Of a stretch of 10,892 nucleotides of DNA, positions 7,881-10,892 are shown piece after piece (the stretch's first letter is position 1; each line of letters begins with the position of its first letter). The position numbers and the translations under genes are program-made. The stretch is from Octopus sinensis (Eukaryota): the NCBI RefSeq assembly GCF_006345805.1, contig NW_021827296.1, positions 1 through 10,892 on the forward strand, given 5' to 3'. The notes under the pieces were generated by a model. It searched no databases, was not told the DNA's origin, and worked only from the letters and a program-made list of their open reading frames with translations.

Positions 7881-8257
7881 TTATATATTTTTGCCATTGT
7901 AATGTAGTTGCATATTTTTAAAACCTTTACACAATTCATGATATCTTAATAAACGCTTTGCAATTAACAAATCAATCAAACATACAATTAAACTCTTCTG
8001 TACTTTCGTTGCTTTTATTATTATTATCATTATTATTTTTATTCTATTTGTTTTTACAATAAACTTTCATATGTTGACTTTGTCTCAAATAAACAAATCA
8101 GTATCATTATCAACATAATGTTCTCCTCATCTTCATTGCATTCTCATCACCTTATACGCTATTCTAATGTTTGTTGTTATTGTTAAGATTCGTTACAAGT
8201 TTGAAAGCATAATGAAAACTACACTTGTACAAAAAAAAAAAAAATGCACACATACAA

Positions 8258-8320
8258 TATATGTGTGCGTGTGTCTGTGTGTGTGTACATTTATATATAC
8301 CATATATAATACATACATAC

Positions 8321-8381
<61 letters not shown>

Positions 8382-8554
8382 ATATATATATACATACATA
8401 CATATATATATATTGTATATATATATATGTGTGTGTATGTATGTATGTATGTATGTATGTATGTATATGTATAATATATATTATGCATATATATATATAT
8501 ATATATCTATATAATATATATATATATATATGTATTTATATATATGTATGCATA

Positions 8555-8611
<57 letters not shown>

Positions 8612-8648
8612 ATATTATATATCTGTATGCATATATATATATATATTA

Positions 8649-8696
<48 letters not shown>

Positions 8697-8751
8697 TATA
8701 TATGTATGCATATATATATATATATATATATATGTACGTGTGTGTGTGTGT
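8258..8751. repeat. Large (TA)n-dominated compound microsatellite with (TG)/(TATG) blocks
   Basis: Direct reading; source of all YIYI ORFs between 8164 and 8812. Confidence 0.97.
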
Positions 8752-9010
8752 TTATGATGATTTATTGATATTACTTTCTCCACACGGGCGTTTCCTTGAC
8801 TCGTGGAAATGACTTCAGTAATAAGGCATGTCAATATTATTATCAGTCACCTTTTATCTTTAGGAAGTTAATTTAAAATTAATTAATAACCAATTAGATT
8901 GGCTTTAATTATAGGTTAGAGATTGCAGAAGGAGAAAAGTGACTTCTTTCATTATCTCTTTCAAAGTTCTTTATCTGTTTTATTGCACTCATTAACGACT
9001 GCACAGAAAC

Positions 9011-9019
9011 TAGTAGTAT

Positions 9020-9070
<51 letters not shown>

Positions 9071-9095
9071 CAGCAGCGCTAGCGGTGGTGGTGGT
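9011..9095. repeat. Compound (TAG)n(CAG)n(TGG)n microsatellite
   Basis: Direct reading. Confidence 0.93.
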
Positions 9096-9167
9096 AATTT
9101 CATTTGTTTTGAACTTAGGAGAAGTTTAGGTCAACAATGGCATCAATGGAAATAATTAACGTATCGA

Positions 9168-9530
9168 ATGATGATGATGATGATGATGATGAGGATGATG
9201 ATGATGACGATGACAACGATGACGACGACGACAATGATGGTGGTTGTGGGGAAGGCGGTGGTAGAGACAGTAAGTGGTAAAGAAGATGGTTGTAGAGAAG
9301 GTGGTTGTGGTGGAGATGGTGATGATGATCATGTTGGTGGTGGTGGTGGTGTGGTGGGTGTGACAGCTGTTCTATTTGGACTTAAGTTTCGCGTGTGTAC
9401 AAGAGGTGAGAGCATTGGTTAAGGTGTTATTGTTTTATAGTGGTAGTGGTCTTATTGTCGTCGACGTTGTGATGTTGGTGGTGGTGGTGGTGGTGATGGT
9501 GGTTGTCGTCGTCGTAAGGTAAGGTAAGAT
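9168..9530. repeat. Degenerate trinucleotide low-complexity tract: (GAT)/(GAC)/(GGT)/(GTC)
   Basis: Direct reading; source of the poly-M/T/V/G ORF 9168..9422. Confidence 0.85.
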
Positions 9531-9715
9531 AACGATGAAAATGAAGATAGTTCAGAAAAGTTCGAAATGTTTGGTAAGTTTTCCTACTGATACTATTAGC
9601 TTCATCATCATCATCATCCGAATATAATCAACATTATCAGTAACAGTACCACGTTTTGCAGTCACAAAATGTTCATGATAATGATAATCATTATCATTAT
9701 TGTCATCAGCGTTAA

Positions 9716-9929
9716 GGCGGCGAGTTGGCAGAATCATTAAGTGCGTCGGACGAAATATTTAGCATTTCATCTGTCTTTATGTTCTTAGTTCAAACTCCAC
9801 CGAGCTCGACTTTGCTTTTTATCCTTTCCAGTCGATAAAATGAGTACCATTTGAGTACTGGTGTCAATGTAATTAACTAGTCTCCTCCCACCATATTTCA
9901 GGCCTTGTGCTATAGTAGAAAAGATTATT
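9716..9929 (+). mobile_element. SINE family A, full length, diverged, tail type 2
   Basis: ggcggcgagttggcagaatc...agttcaaactccaccgag...gtcgataaaatgagtacc...tttcaggccttgtgctatagtagaaaagattatt. Confidence 0.85.
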
Positions 9930-9980
9930 ATCATCACCATAAAAACTACAACCACCAAAATCAGAACCACCATCATCATT

Positions 9981-10200
9981 ATCTGTTTTTTTATTACCTA
10001 CAAGGGGCAAACACAGGGGGGACAAACAAGGACAAACAAACGGATTAAGTCGATTACATCGACCCCAGTGCGTAACTGGTACTTATTTAATCGACCCCGA
10101 AAGGATGAAAGACAAAGTCGACCTCGGCGGAATTTGAACTCAGAACATAATGGCAGACGAAATACGGCTACGCATTTCGCCCGGAGTGCTAACGTTTCTG

Positions 10201-10201
<1 letters not shown>
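9981..10201 (-). mobile_element. SINE family A, near full length, tail type 1
   Basis: Reverse complement closely matches 920-1150, including the tail ttgtcccc..tgtgttt.gccccttgt.ggta.taaa. About 12 nt of the head are missing; (CAT)n lies on both sides. Confidence 0.9.
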
Positions 10202-10236
<35 letters not shown>

Positions 10237-10322
10237 CCATCGCTGTCGTCGTCGCCGTCGTCATCAACACCACTACCATCACCACCACCAACATCACCAT
10301 CATGAGCTGTAGCAGCAACATG
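10201..10322. repeat. Compound (CAT)n/(CGT)/(CAC) low-complexity tract
   Basis: Direct reading. Confidence 0.9.
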
Positions 10323-10401
10323 AACCTCACCTCTGCCATAATGCCGTAAGCTAATATTGGACAAGAGCGAATAGATCGTAAATATCAGCAGCAACAGCAA
10401 T

Positions 10402-10847
10402 CGCCTGACGAATGGCTGTATCGATGGCGGCATCCGGTTGTGGCAGCGCCGAGCCACGTTTCGCCTGCATATCTGCAGGCGGTTATTCGTCGAACGTTCC
10501 AGCCAACACCAATTCAACACCTCCGTCTGAAGGAAGTCTTCCCGAAGAAGCCGAATGAAAGAACCGAAGCAGCCCTCTCGAAGGTAGACTTCACAGACAT
10601 GATACGCTTCCGTAGTGGTCATCCTCTGGCACTCAGGCGGTGGCAAAAGATGGCAGGACGCAGCGACACAGCTCAATGCAGAGTTTGTAACGAGGAGGTG
10701 GAATCTGCAGAACAACTCTGGCTGAGATGTCCGGCCCCGATGGTAGAACGCTATATCCGCCAACTAGGGGCTACAATGGATGAGATGATTCGTCTCCCTT
10801 CCGCGGCTCTGGCGCTTCTGAGAGTTATCCTCTGGCACTTGAGGTGA
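10402..10847 (+). mobile_element. 5'-truncated and 5'-inverted I-group (Ingi-like) LINE: post-RNase H C-terminus with a degenerate CCHC knuckle
   Basis: Forward part 10476-10847 reads QAVIRRTFQP..RFRSGH..CRVCNEEVESAEQLWLRCPA..LR*. This is C-x2-C-x8-(H>Q)-x4-C plus the R.RSGH motif of RNase-H-bearing LINEs. The stop runs straight into a (CCA)/(CAA) tail. 10402-10476 read on the minus strand gives ADMQAKRGSALPQPDAAIDTAIRQA, similar to the end of the RNase H GNE.AD..AK motif. Confidence 0.75.
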
Positions 10848-10892
10848 CCACCACCACCACCAACAACAACAACAGCAACAGCAACTGCAGCA
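10848..10892. repeat. (CCA)n(CAA)n(CAG) tract: LINE tail plus candidate 3' TSD
   Basis: Direct reading; cagcaacagcaa occurs at 10873-10884 and at 10389-10400. Confidence 0.85.

Noticed and set aside
8164-8812. Long ORFs (up to 195 aa) rich in Y/I/C
   Set aside because: Translations of (TA)n/(TG)n, which lack stop codons.
10350-10475. Apparent upstream extension of the LINE ORF (ANIGQERIDRKYQQQQQ...HVSPAYL)
   Set aside because: Made of flanking DNA, the CAG/CAA target site and the antisense of the inverted segment. GQERID only superficially resembles GNExAD.
10140-10763. 207-aa minus-strand ORF
   Set aside because: Antisense to the LINE fragment plus (GAT)n and SINE sequence; no recognisable domain in that frame.
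1-10892. Prokaryote-style systems: CRISPR array, operon, defence island
   Set aside because: No repeat-spacer periodicity and no intact multi-gene arrangement. The repeats are microsatellites and dispersed SINE copies in eukaryotic DNA.

Overview
AT-rich, microsatellite-dense eukaryotic DNA with no recognisable host gene. The SINE-like repeats resemble octopus (coleoid cephalopod) tRNA-derived SINEs as I recall them, so the species assignment is an inference. The window is a mosaic of transposable-element remnants. It holds nine copies or fragments of one tRNA-derived SINE family (A) carrying at least two different 3' tails, and one copy of a second SINE family (B). It holds 3' fragments of three LINE types: Tx1/L1-like, Dong/R4-like with a restriction-like endonuclease, and I-group/Ingi-like. 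It also holds a decayed DDE (hAT-like) transposase, a mariner-derived MITE, a foldback MITE-like element and a possible Helitron-like fragment. Almost every ORF in the supplied track is a microsatellite translation or a TE remnant. I see no new multi-gene system. The best observations concern retrotransposition mechanism. (1) The Ingi-like LINE at 10402-10847 has a 5' inversion of the twin-priming type. (2) One SINE-A tail resembles the 3' end of the Tx1-like LINE in the same window. (3) A chain of retroelements is joined by (ATT)n tracts.
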